The notes under the pieces are model-generated. The model saw only the letters and a program-made list of their open reading frames with translations. It did not search any database and was not told the origin of the DNA. DNA of 37,096 nucleotides, from positions 19,747,621-19,784,716 of the forward strand of contig NC_068985.1 in the NCBI RefSeq assembly GCF_001194135.2, given 5' to 3'. The stretch comes from Octopus bimaculoides. Taxonomy: Eukaryota. The position numbers were made by a program, and so were the translations under genes. Positions 1 to 11,764 of this stretch are shown in pieces. How positions within the stretch are numbered: position 1 is the stretch's first letter; each line of letters starts with the position of its first letter.

Positions 1-149
1 GCTTCATTTGTGTTGTCTAACGTACTGTTAATATCATTCGATTTTTTATATTTTATAAAAATTTTTAAAGTCATATTTATGTAAACCATTCGCATTACTG
101 ATCCCAATCAGTTGTTTTGTACCATTCTATGTTTGGCCCCTGTGGGCAA

Positions 150-310
150 TAAAGAAATTGGTATTTCGTCTGTCTTTATGTTCTGAGTTCGACTTTGCCT
201 TTCATCCTATCAGGGTCGATAAATTAAGTACCAGTTGCATACTGGAATCGATCTAATCGACTGGCCTCACCTCCCCCAAAATTTCGGGCCTTGTGCCTAG
301 AGCAGAAAAG
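150..310 (+). mobile_element. SINE-like interspersed repeat, family A (3' part)
   Basis: GACTTTGCCTTTCATCC...GGGTCGATAAATTAAGTACCAG...CTCCCCCAAAATTTCGGGCCTTGTGCCTAG recurs in the window in reverse at ~12786-12880 and decayed at ~35310-35445. Confidence 0.7.
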
Positions 311-2749
311 AATATTTTGTTCATTTTGCTTTTAGACACTATGATGTAGTTTAAGGATGAGTTATCTTCTATTTCTAGCAGGCAGAGAGACCATGTAAGG
401 GTTTCGTATGTGCAGAACTCCATGACAATTACACTCAATATGTCAAAAACGGAGGATTTCGATTGGCTAAAAATTACATCTCCTTAAATGCTTGTAATTT
501 CTTTATGATAATAATTTTTAGGGAAAAAAATTAATACGATTTTCATTACTAGCATGCAAAACATCATAGGAACTATATATTTTTTGAAAATAGTCTGGTG
601 AAAATTTGAAAAACTACAAGTAATTGGGAGAAATTTAAGATTCTTTTTTTCTGAATATGCGTTGCTGTAATTGGGGTGCGTCTATTATGCCCGAGCGACT
701 TTTATACAGTTAAATACTGTATATAGATGTGTGTGTGCGCTCACCACGTGCACGCATGTATGACGACACCCTCAAGATATTTTCCCAAGGTGTGATCGAG
801 CACCAAACCATGTCGTCATGAAACGAATTTCTTAACCACATATAATAGTGTGTTAGTAGATCAACTTAAAGGTTAGTAAACATTACATAAGCCTTGCTTT
901 GACAGTAGAAACAATGATTAAACACATATTCCTACGTTGTTTACCTTCCAATTCCGTCAATTATACTTCCACCATCGAGTGCTTCTCTTATCAATATAGC
1001 AAAAGTATTTGAGCATTCTACTAATACTCTTAAATTAATCGGCAGCCAAACTCCAGCGTGAAGTGTGGTAAGATAAGACTTCCGAATTAGTTGCTCACAC
1101 CCTTCGTTTGTTTCTATATATCGAATTTCATCGGCAAGGCATGAATCACAAAAATTACATAATGTATGTTGTTTTCACCACTGTTATAATTTGTGAATGT
1201 TATAAACTAGAAAGAATATTCATCAGAGGTAAGGAATACGTACCCCACCTGTTTTCAGTGTAATTGTACACATATTTGTTGACGGTTACTGCCTTTGTTA
1301 TTTGTGATAGGCAGAACGTAATCGTTCCTTATATACAACTGAGTGCATGTCCTATTCAAACTATCTATCGATGTTTAAACTAGTATTGTGTAATTTCATG
1401 CTCTAAGTCTCACGAAATGACTCAGCCTTCTTTTGCTTTGTAACCACACACTGAAAATAGAAACATTGAGACTAAGTCGACAATGTGCGGCTCTCGTTTT
1501 CCCCCTCAATTTTTCGAGTTTTCAACAACAGAGATGATGGTTAAAACAAAATTTTTCAATGCGGGGTATCAGAATAGCTATCACTCACTACTTGATGAAG
1601 AAGGAAAAGGTTTTTTTTTTCTTCTTTTAGTATTCCTGAGTTTATGCAGCGGAAGTTACGATAGCTGAAAGAATATTTCAATTTCTTATATTTTTGGCCC
1701 CTCCTCCCCGTTTCCGTGCTCTTTTCATTCCCAATAAAGTAGTGATAGTTATTCCGAAACTCCGCAAAAAGAATTAAAAAAAGAATTCAAATGTATAATT
1801 CCCACGTCCCAAATCTCTTAGATTTAAAAGCTTTTAAGCAAAAAATGATTTTTAGGATTCAATGTTTAAAAATACGATGATCACCAAAAAAACCAAAGAT
1901 CGTCAAAATGCGAAAGTTACGATTCCGATCGTTTTCTTTTCAAAATTTCTATACCGATTACTTAGAATAATTTTCTTTTTTCAATTTCTGATCATAAATC
2001 TAAAGAATACCAAATGAATACGATGTATTGNNNNNNNNNNNNNNNNNNNNNNNNNNNNNNNNNNNNNNNNNNNNNNNNNNNNNNNNNNNNNNNNNNNNNN
2101 NNNNNNNNNNNNNNNNNNNNNNNNNNNNNNNNNNNNNNNNNNNNNNNNNNNNNNNNNNNNNNNNNNNNNNNNNNNNNNNNNNNNNNNNNNNNNNNNNNNN
2201 NNNNNNNNNNNNNNNNNNNNNNNNNNNNNNNNNNNNNNNNNNNNNNNNNNNNNNNNNNNNNNNNNNNNNNNNNNNNNNNNNNNNNNNNNNNNNNNNNNNN
2301 NNNNNNNNNNNNNNNNNNNNNNNNNNNNNNNNNNNNNNNNNNNNNNNNNNNNNNNNNNNNNNNNNNNNNNNNNNNNNNNNNNNNNNNNNNNNNNNNNNNN
2401 NNNNNNNNNNNNNNNNNNNNNNNNNNNNNNNNNNNNNNNNNNNNNNNNNNNNNNNNNNNNNNNNNNNNNNNNNNNNNNNNNNNNNNNNNNNNNNNNNNNN
2501 NNNNNNNNNNNNNNNNNNNNNNNNNNNNNNNNNNNNNNNNNNNNNNNNNNNNNNNNNNNNNNNNNNNNNNNNNNNNNNNNNNNNNNNNNNNNNNNNNNNN
2601 NNNNNNNNNNNNNNNNNNNNNNNNNNNNNNNNNNNNNNNNNNNNNNNNNNNNNNNNNNNNNNNNNNNNNNNNNNNNNNNNNNNNNNNNNNNNNNNNNNNN
2701 NNNNNNNNNNNNNNNNNNNNNNNNNNNNNNNNNNNNNNNNNNNNNNNNN

Positions 2750-3720
2750 GGGTACATGTTTTGGGACCACTACTGTTCATAATGGCCCTCTCACAAGTTA
2801 TGCAGATGATACAAAAGTCTCACAGGTAATACAGAACCCTGAAGACACTCTGCACCTGCAATGTGAGCTGGATGGAATATACAAGTGGGCTGAAAAGAAT
2901 AACATGCAGTTTAATGCTGAAAAGTTTCAAGCCTTGTGCTATCAGCATGCAAAACTAAATGCAGTACCCACTAAATACCCTGGACCTGGAGGGACTGCAA
3001 TCCCAGAGGCACAGTCAGTGCGAGACCTGGGCATTTACATGAGTAATAATGCATCCTTTCATGTGCATGTTGCTAAATTATCAATGAAATGCAAGCGACT
3101 AACCAGATGGATTCTTAGGACTTTAAAAACAAGAGATCAGGAAACCATGATGGTCCTCTGGAAGACACTTGTCCTAAGCCACTTTAACTATTGCTCTCAG
3201 CTATGGTCACCAACCAGTGTCAAATTAATCTCAGAACTTGAGGCAATCCAACAAAGCTAAACGAAGAAGATAGCCTNNNNNNNNNNAGAAAGATATGCCA
3301 TAATATACATCTGGAAGATCCTCGAAGGAATTGTCCCAAACTTTGGCATCGAAAGTTACACAAATAAAAGAACTGGACGCCATTGCATGGTGCCAAGGAC
3401 TCCAAATTTGCCATCAAGATGTAGGACAAGATACTGCAATAGCCTGGGCTTCAGAGGTCCACAGCTCTTCAATATCCTCCCGAAGGACCTGAGAGACCTG
3501 CATGGGGTGGATGTAGGTGTCTTCAAAATAAAGCTGGACCTCTTCCTGTCAAGTGTCCCAGATGAACCAACTTTGCGGCAGGAGGTGCAGATGAGGGCAG
3601 CTGCATCAAATTCTCTCATGCACCAATTGTCAATTCCTGAAGTAAAATTATGTAGCAACACCAAATGGTGGTGCCCCAGCATGGCCACAGCTCATGAGCT
3701 GAAACTAGATAAAATGGAAA
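2750..3720 (+). mobile_element. CR1/L2-clade LINE 3' remnant (RT C-terminus plus 3' tail), frameshifted and with a stop
   Basis: Translation gives (G)TVLGPLLFI split by a frameshift, then YADDTKV, LQCELDGIYKWAEKNNMQFNAEKF, VRDLGI, WKTLVLSHFNYCSQLWSP and FKIKLDLFLSSVPDEP. These are RT and C-terminal motifs typical of CR1-like LINEs. In-frame TAA at 3258-3260. The 5' side is cut by the N-gap. Confidence 0.9.
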
Positions 3721-3726
3721 AGAAAA

Positions 3727-3845
3727 TGTATATATGTTGTGTATATATATATATATATGTATATGTATGTGTGTATATATATATATATATAGATATATAT
3801 ATATATATATAGATATATATATATATGTATATATGTAAATATATA
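3727..3845. repeat. (TA)n-rich compound microsatellite
   Basis: Direct sequence. Confidence 0.95.
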
Positions 3846-4462
3846 TGTAACGGAGTGGTTACCAGAATGTAGCAGTTGTTGTCTATGCTTTCAACATAGT
3901 TAATTCCATGAAAGAAAGACAGTGGCCGAAGTTGTAGATAACATATTTATTTCTCCATTACATATATTTAAATGCCAAACCACGATGGGCAGGTGTGTAT
4001 AAAAACTATCAGAAAGCATACGAAGTAACTAGTTATATTTCCTTGTTAAATGGTAGATAGTGTTGAGCGAGTTAATATCGGAGACCATGAAATCTTAAGA
4101 TATAGTGTTGTCCACAATATTTTATAAATCCTTCCTGTCCATTTTCCTTGCATACAACCTTGTGGTAACGGAGTATTAACTTAAGTGGTTTGTAGTCCAT
4201 TTGGTATCTATTTCTAGCGTACAGGCGTTGTCGTTTCAGTACCCTTATTATAATTATACATATATATTAAAATTAATCAAAGGACATACTAAGTATGTCT
4301 ACTTACTGGAAATAAAGGTTTTTGACTGTTATTTCCAGAAGGTAGACATACTTGGTATATCTTTTGCTTAATTCTAATCCTTCAGCTATTTAATGCTTTT
4401 GGTGGGTGGAGGCCTGCAATCGCCTATATTATTGATTCTGTTATCATTTTAAAATTGTTACA
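3846..4462 (-). mobile_element. Possible solo LTR
   Basis: Segment starts TGTAAC and ends GTTACA (6-bp inverted TG...CA termini), with AATAAA on the minus strand about 100 bp from the left end. No target-site duplication seen. Confidence 0.3.
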
Positions 4463-5004
4463 CTAGATAATAACAGAGTCAATGATATCTTAGCAAATTA
4501 TTTTCCTCGTGAATTATTTGCTCTGTATTGTACTTAAAATGAGGAAGGCTGGTTTATGGATTACATTTTTAAGAGGTCTTGGGCCAACAGGTTTTGGGAT
4601 CTGACGAAACACCATAAAGCTAAATCCTTTATGTACGGGAAACATAAAGTAATCCCATAAACCGGCCTTCTCTATTTTTAGTATGTACTGTTCTACATCT
4701 TAGAGAGTGCTTCTTCTTTCGGATTTCTGTNNNNNNNNNNNNNNNNNNNNNNNNNNNNNNNNNNNNNNNNNNNNNNNNNNNNNNNNNNNNNNNNNNNNNN
4801 NNNNNNNNNNNNNNNNNNNNNNNNNNNNNNNNNNNNNNNNNNNNNNNNNNNNNNNNNNNNNNNNNNNNNNNNNNNNNNNNNNNNNNNNNNNNNNNNNNNN
4901 NNNNNNNNNNNNNNNNNNNNNNNNNNNNNNNNNNNNNNNNNNNNNNNNNNNNNNNNNNNNNNNNNNNNNNNNNNNNNNNNNNNNNNNNNNNNNNNNNNNN
5001 NNNN

Positions 5005-5280
5005 GTGAGTGGATTTGGTAGACGGAAACTGAAAGAAGCCCGTTGTATATATATATATATGTATGTATGTGTATATGTTTGTGTGTCTGTGTTTGTCCCC
5101 CCAACATCGCTTGACAACCGATGCTGGTGTGTTTACGTCCCCATAACTTAGCGGTTCGGCAAAAGAGAACGATAGAATAAGTACTAGGCTTACAGAGAAT
5201 AAGTCCTAGGGTCGATTTGCTCGACTAAAAGGCGGTGCTCCAGCATGGCCACAGTCAAATGACTGAAACAAGTAAAAGAG
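5005..5280 (+). mobile_element. tRNA-type SINE, family B (core end, microsatellite and LINE-like tail); CpG-rich copy
   Basis: GTGAGTGGATTTGGTAGACGGAAACTGAAAGAAGCCC, then (TA/TG)n, then TTGACAACCGATGCTGG...GGCGGTGCTCCAGCATGGCCACAGTCAAATGACTGAAACAAG. Same blocks recur at 8352-8705, 13246-13368, 18800-18980, 19290-19456, 20826-21000 and 36125-36462. Confidence 0.85.
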
Positions 5281-5317
5281 TATATATATATCGTCAATAT
5301 ATCATGTATTCTCAGTA

Positions 5318-5540
5318 CCATCGCACAGTCACCTGGATCCACTAAAGCTATTCTATATGATACAGCTATTCTAGCTTCATTCACGATATACCGTCTATTC
5401 AAACGTCAAAAGGAACAGTGACAAATAGATGCTCCACTTGATCTGTAGCCTTTACAGTGCTATCGCAGTCACCTGGATTCCTTAAAACTATTCTTCTAGA
5501 TGATATACCCATTTTTCTAGCTTCTCGGTTCCGATTTGAG
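5318..5540. repeat. Unclassified locally repeated unit (ATCGCAGTCACCTGGAT...TCTAGCTTC)
   Basis: Two diverged copies at ~5318-5380 and ~5461-5530, with partial copies at ~5862-5900 and ~7090-7125. Confidence 0.55.
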
Positions 5541-6691
5541 CAGTAATAAAAGTCAGGGCCAAACACTAAAAGTTGCTGGATTGCAACTTGAAGATCAAAC
5601 AGAAGTTCGTGTATGAAATCCATCGTTTTTCAACTTCAATTATTACATGTTTTTCTCTTATATAATGTACACACACAGGACGAGTAAACCTAAATCTAAC
5701 TGACAGGAGACAGCATTTGTAATTTCATTTCACTATTACTTACTGATATTCCTAATAAAAAAAATGTCTACTAAAAAAAAAAAAATCAAACAAACGCACG
5801 ACAAGCAATGCATTTTCTATATGAACAGTAATGTTCCACTTGAACTGCAGCCTTTTTAATGCCATCGCAGTCAACTGCATTCCGTAAAGCTATCTGTATA
5901 TATAAAAGGCAGGATGTGTGTGTGTACAAGAATGTAATTTATGCATGTCCACAAATTAGCTCGCATGCTAATTAGGAAGACATTCGTCATGACCCTATCT
6001 GCATTTTCGTCAACTTTTTCTCTCAGAGGCACCCGCATATAGCTGTAAAAATCGATTTTCAACCATAACTTTTACCAATTTTGAAGTTTGCTAACATGGC
6101 GAAGTCAAAGTGTGCGTATGCGCGTGAAGGAGAGAGAGAGAGAGAGAGAGAAATTGTATCTGTGTGAGAGGGGGAGTGAGGGAGATACAGAGTTTGTTTG
6201 CCAGCATCTAACAAAATAAAAGTAAAGAAAAAGTGCGAGAGGGAGACAGAAAGCGTCTAATGAAAGAAAAGGAAGATAGTGTCAGCGTTCATAAAAAATG
6301 AAAATGTAAAATGCTTTTTTTTTTCTTAAACATGAGATATAGTTTCAAATATAGGATGTTTTTGAAATACACTATTATTGAAATACACAGTTAAAATATA
6401 TTTATTTTAAATCATTTATTTATTTTAAATCGTTCATCTTTCTCACCCCTCTCACTCTCACACACACGCACATATACTACTTTGGGAGTGAAAGAGTTTT
6501 GTTTATATTTCACGCCGAAAACAAAAGTTTATTGACAATCCATTTATTTAACAACAATGAAACAAAGAGGTATGTAACAATCTGTCAATATAAATGGGTA
6601 AAATTTCTAAGGCTTCCACCACCCCAACCCGTTTTTCGGACCACAAAATGGGTTTGGTAATTTTTCAGATTAACACCCACACGATTTCCAC

Positions 6692-6792
6692 TAGGGTGTT
6701 AGGGTTAGGGGTTAGGGTTAGGATTAGGTTTGGTGTTAGGGTTACAGTTTTAGGGTCAGGGTTAGGGTTAGAGTTAACCTAGAAGGGTCAGG
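6692..6792 (+). repeat. Degenerate interstitial (TTAGGG)n-like array
   Basis: TAGGGTGTTAGGGTTAGGGGTTAGGGTTAGGATTAGG...TCAGGGTTAGGGTTAGAG. Confidence 0.8.
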
Positions 6793-8351
6793 CCCCTTAT
6801 TTTTTGGTTAAGGCTGTTGGTAAGTTTTCCTAAGTTACTCCAATCCAGATCTCTAATACAACTTTAAAAAAAAACAGTCAATGAGTGGAAATAACTAATA
6901 AACTGATTCCTTATGGGATGTCCCAATCAAATTGCCAGCAAACTATTTTCAGCCAAGCCAATTTCAACGGATTTCGCTCAAATCTGATGTCGATATTACT
7001 TATTTTGGTTTGAAATGAAGCACTTGATCACTTAATAATCCTAGCTTAATCCCAGCAGTGCCGGGCTATACTGCTAGTTTTTCTATATAATATACCCATT
7101 TTTCCAGTTTCTCAGCCAAGAATCAGTAAAAATAGTTCTAGAAGCAAAAAGCTGTATGTATCTATATATCATTCACTGCTCTTAGAAAACGTTTTTGAAA
7201 ACTTGAACGTAATAATTAAAAAAAAAAAAAAAAGTAACTTTTCTACTGAATGATTCAGACCACGTCAATTGCATAGTAATTACGCAGAGAGGCACGAATG
7301 CAGATAGATAGACAAGTTTTAATTGTAGTGGGTGAAAGTCAAGCGGATCTAGACTGTTTGGCTGTCATTAATTTTTAAAATGCCTACAGCCAAATCAACT
7401 AGATCCCCTCCGGAACTTACTAAAAGGTAAAGTTTATAAATACCAGAGTTAAGTTCCCAGAGAAAGTAAAAACAAATTTCTCCCACGTAAGTTAACCGGA
7501 TTTTGTCAATCCTGTACTTCATTTCTTTTAACAGTAGTTAATCATAAAGCTACTAGATAATACTAAAAAAAAAACAAAAAAAAAATATTTACAGACGTAA
7601 GCAATGAGAAAATGGAGAAGAGAGAAAAAAAACAAAAAACTCCTGTATTACGTCAAGAAAATCTAGGGCTACATTGTAGAAAAATTTGAAACGCTTCAAA
7701 ACACTCTCAGAATTAATGAGGGTGGATTGCAAGGCCGAACCACTGCGACAGCCAGGTACCTGCCCGTTGATCGAATTAGGAGAAAGGTCACTCGGCACAC
7801 ACGGTGTCATTTTGCCCCCCCCCCATTTCACCCCAACTAATTTGTTACGCTAGATATACCCTATCCTAGGAATTATAAAATAGATAATTTCTTATAGCTT
7901 TGGTTTTGTAAGTTAAACCGGCCCTCTAGTTCGTAAAAGCAGTTCAAACCACTAATGGAAGGAATGGGAAATATTGACACGGTAAAANNNNNNNNNNNNN
8001 NNNNNNNNNNNNNNNNNNNNNNNNNNNNNNNNNNNNNNNNNNNNNNNNNNNNNNNNNNNNNNNNNNNNNNNNNNNNNNNNNNNNNNNNNNNNNNNNNNNN
8101 NNNNNNNNNNNNNNNNNNNNNNNNNNNNNNNNNNNNNNNNNNNNNNNNNNNNNNNNNNNNNNNNNNNNNNNNNNNNNNNNNNNNNNNNNNNNNNNNNNNN
8201 NNNNNNNNNNNNNNNNNNNNNNNNNNNNNNNNNNNNNNNNNNNNNNNNNNNNNNNNNNNNNNNNNNNNNNNNNNNNNNNNNNNNNNNNNNNNNNNNNNNN
8301 NNNNNNNNNNNNNNNNNNNNNNNNNNNNNNNNNNNNNNNNNNNNNNNNNNN

Positions 8352-8705
8352 TTTCAGTCATTTGATTGTGACCATACTGGAGCACCACCTTGAAGGGTTT
8401 TAGTTGACTAAATTGATCCTGGGACCTACTCTTCAAGCTTAGTACTTATTCTGTTGGTCTTTTTGCTGAACTGCTAAGTCAGGGGATGTAAACACAAACA
8501 CTGGTTGTCAACCAGTGATATGGAGACAAACACAGAAACACAGACACACGCATAGATATGTGTGTGTGTACGACAGGCTTCCTTCAGTTTACATCCACCA
8601 AATCCACTCACAAGGCTTTGGTTGGCCTGAAGCTACAGCAGAAAACACTAACCGAAGGTGCCATGCAACAGGACTGCACACAGAACCATGTGGTTAGGAA
8701 GGAAG
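8352..8705 (-). mobile_element. tRNA-type SINE, family B, near full length and decayed
   Basis: Reverse complement of the family B head, core and tail blocks. Confidence 0.8.
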
Positions 8706-9130
8706 TAATTTCCGTATTTTTGCTGTGATACTTGACACATAGTCTTTTTTAAGTATCCCATTACCAGATTTTCAAAAACTGCGGCTACTTTCATCCCCAT
8801 TGAAATTCTAGATATTTGTAAGTAGCAGTTGACGTCAAACATGAAATAACTATTTTGGAGGATACATTTTAATCCTTCAATAATATATTTTATACATCCT
8901 AGTAATTATTCTGAATAGTTAGTTTCCTAAGTAGAACTTTATTGCTTCTATTCTATAGTTTCGAGGGGTGTTGGTTCATCACATCAAAGGCAAACGTAAA
9001 AGTCTTTTCATTAATTGCTTTTTGGAGGTGGTTCAGTATATCTAAATTTTATTTTAATGTTTATGAGTCATTATTTCTAGGATTATGGTAGATACATTTA
9101 TATGGTAATACTTTCAAATCACACACACAC

Positions 9131-9166
<36 letters not shown>

Positions 9167-9169
9167 TCT

Positions 9170-9865
9170 CTTGCTTGCTCTGGCTGGAGCAGTAAAATAA
9201 CAGCCAGGTTAGCAGAGCAATGAACTCTATAGAGGCTTTCATAGAGACAGTCCTAATGAAGACCAATGAGAAGAGCAGCAGCACCACCAGCAATGAAGAT
9301 GAGGAAGATGATTCCTTCAGCAACATCACTTGGTTCCAGGGCAGCAGGAGCCACAGAACTTGGTGAAGGCCTGGCTGGAGGCCATCTTGTAGGAGGTCCT
9401 GACTGAAGTTGCCATTTTGGGTGAGCAGGTTTTGATCAACCTGCTCACCAAATATAACACTACCACCCCATCCAGTACTGCAGTTGAGCGCCTATTTTCT
9501 ACAGGCAAAGATATTTTGAGGGCCAAGAGAGCCACCCTGTCAGGTGACAACTTTGAGAGACTGATGTTTATGAAGGGCAACCAGTGATGGAGAAGACCCA
9601 GCCAGAGTAGTGCACCTTGATCACCATCTGATCCTGGCATGCTACACCTTTTTGGAAAGCTCTATGTCTAAGCTACAACATGAAAATTTCAGCTCTCTAG
9701 ATCTGTTTTTAGGGGGTTTTAGCACCAAAAAAACAAACTGAAACTAAATTCATATGATAAAAGTTAGCGGTTATCATTTAGTGTTAGCTTCTGGTAAATT
9801 TTTTTACCTATTTAGCAGTTTAGCGTTTGCGAAGCTAACTTTTTGGTTAGCTGTGTCCACCACTG
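9170..9865 (+). mobile_element. hAT DNA transposon remnant: transposase C-terminal dimerisation domain and right end
   Basis: The frame ending at TGA 9585-9587 reads KYNTTTPSSTAVERLFSTGKDILRAKRATLSGDNFERLMFMKGNQ, matching the hATC S-x-x-V-E-R-x-F-S motif, with an upstream in-frame TAG. TIR-like end ...GTCCACCACTG at 9865 (reverse complement CAGTGGTGGAC). Left end not found. Confidence 0.75.
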
Positions 9866-10005
9866 CAAACAAACAACCAATTGGTTGTTTGGCCTGCACG
9901 TTAAACAAACGATTAATTAGCTAGTTGGTAAGATATTTAACAAATTGACTAACAATGAAGTAATGGAATTAAACTTTGTGTGTTATTGTTATAATCGTAG
10001 TGACC

Positions 10006-10056
10006 AGACAGACAGACAGGCAGGCAGAGATGGATGGATGGATGGATGGATGGATG

Positions 10057-10142
<86 letters not shown>

Positions 10143-10200
10143 TAGATAGATAGGCAGACAGACAGACAGGCAGACAGACAGACAGACAGACAGATAGACA
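10006..10200. repeat. Compound tetranucleotide microsatellite (GACA/GATG/GATA)n
   Basis: Direct sequence. Confidence 0.95.
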
Positions 10201-10299
10201 AAGTATACGTTTATGCGTATATAAACGTGTGTATGTGTGTGTGTTTCTGCGTGTGTGAATTAACGTCCAGTCACACTAACCTCTCATATTATTAAAATA

Positions 10300-11180
10300 A
10301 CTACCTTCCTAGAGAAAAATCATTATATCGATCCCAACGAGGATAGATTTCGTGATATGCATTAGACCCAATCCTACTTTGAAGAAATTCGAAATGCTCC
10401 GAGACTCGGCTCCGCAACGGATGTAATTTACTGCAAGAGAGTGTACGACAGAACAGAACTTCAATCTGATCCGTACTGAGATTCGACGGGCAATAAAATT
10501 TTAAAAGATTAAAAATTGAGCCCATCTATTTCGAAAATGAGTATACACGCAGACAGCTGTATTCTCTTCCTCCAGGATACAGGTGTAATTGTGGATAACA
10601 ACATAAGCTGGAGTGCGCACATCAGTATGGCCTGCAGAATGTGCTCGGAGATCCCTTGAACTTTCCAGTCTGGAGATCCTAATGTCTTAAAATCTTTCTC
10701 TTCTCGACGTTTCTTAGGTGTCACTTTGAACACTGTTGGTTACTGTGGAGTGGGTCGTCCAACACAAAACAAAACATTATGAGAATAGCACCCCAGAGAA
10801 AAAGAGAGAGAAAATGGCATGCCAGACTTGACTACTGAAATCACTTCAAAAAGCTCAAACTTATTCTCTGTTCTGCGAAAGCGCTACACTATTTCTACAA
10901 TGAGAAAACTCTTCTACCAACACTGTCCAAACGATGCTAATATCAATTTCGCAAGTCACCCAAAGTTAAGGCACGTGTCATATGCCCTCAAGCTCACATT
11001 ATATAACACTGCGACTTAACTGGGCTTGCCTTATTCAACATGATCCTGAAAGAAATAAAAGGAAGAGACCCACCATAAAATTCAAACGGTACCTGAACAA
11101 ATTCCCCCAGGAAATGCCAGATACACCCCCGATACATTCGACAAACAATCTCCACTACTCGAGGAGTCTATAGTATTGTA
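10300..11180 (+). mobile_element. Second, highly degenerate CR1-like LINE 3' remnant
   Basis: Mixed frames give ELQSD, QDTGVIVDNNISWSAHI, LFSTFLRCHFEHCWLLWS and KFKRYLNKFPQEMPDTP. These parallel the motifs of the 2750-3720 element in the same order. Confidence 0.65.
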
Positions 11181-11539
11181 GATTATGACCTACAGGGACA
11201 TGTCATGGGCCAATAATGGTCAAAACCTATATACGCTTTAGATAGATAGATAGATAGATAGATACATACATACATACATACAAATGTGCGTGTGTGTGTG
11301 TATGTATATATATATATAACGTGAGAGAGTTAGGGGTTGGGGGTTCAACCCACTAAGGGATAGTATCTATCCAGTATACTGCTGGGAGGGTACCCAATTA
11401 TTGCTACACTAGTGCTATACTAGGTGCAATCAATGGGAGCGGGTAAAAGTGGAGGTTTTACAAAAAATTTGTGTAACAATTAGAAAATGCAGGATAATAT
11501 GCTATACAGAGATAGTAATTATTAAATAAAGAAACCAGA

Positions 11540-11571
<32 letters not shown>

Positions 11572-11696
11572 GAGAGTATTGTAGTTTGCTTGAAGTATTG
11601 TGTATTGTTTGTAACGAATAAAAAGTTTAGAAAGGTATAACAATGCACTATAGAACAAAAAATGGACTATATACCTGTTGTAATTTGGTTATCTAT

Positions 11697-11764
11697 AGTC
11701 CGATGATATTTCGGAATTAGAATTCCTTCTTCAGATCTTATTTGCTGGAGTATAGCAGAGACTC
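11697..11764 (-). ncRNA. Hammerhead-ribozyme-like motif in a repeat (Penelope-like terminal repeat type); helix I weak
   Basis: Minus strand reads AAGAT CTGAAGA A GGAAT-TCTA-ATTCC GAAA TATCATC. The 47 bp at 11718-11764 are identical to the reverse complement of 14919-14965. Confidence 0.45.

Noticed and set aside
946-1170. About 75-codon stop-free minus-strand frame ending at a possible donor (…GVWLPINLRVL…DGGSIIDGIG)
   Set aside because: No ATG, no convincing acceptor and no recognisable motif. Frames of this length are expected by chance in a window this size.
9119-9164. Self-complementary (AC)nAT(GT)n
   Set aside because: Junction of two dinucleotide microsatellites, which are common in this window.
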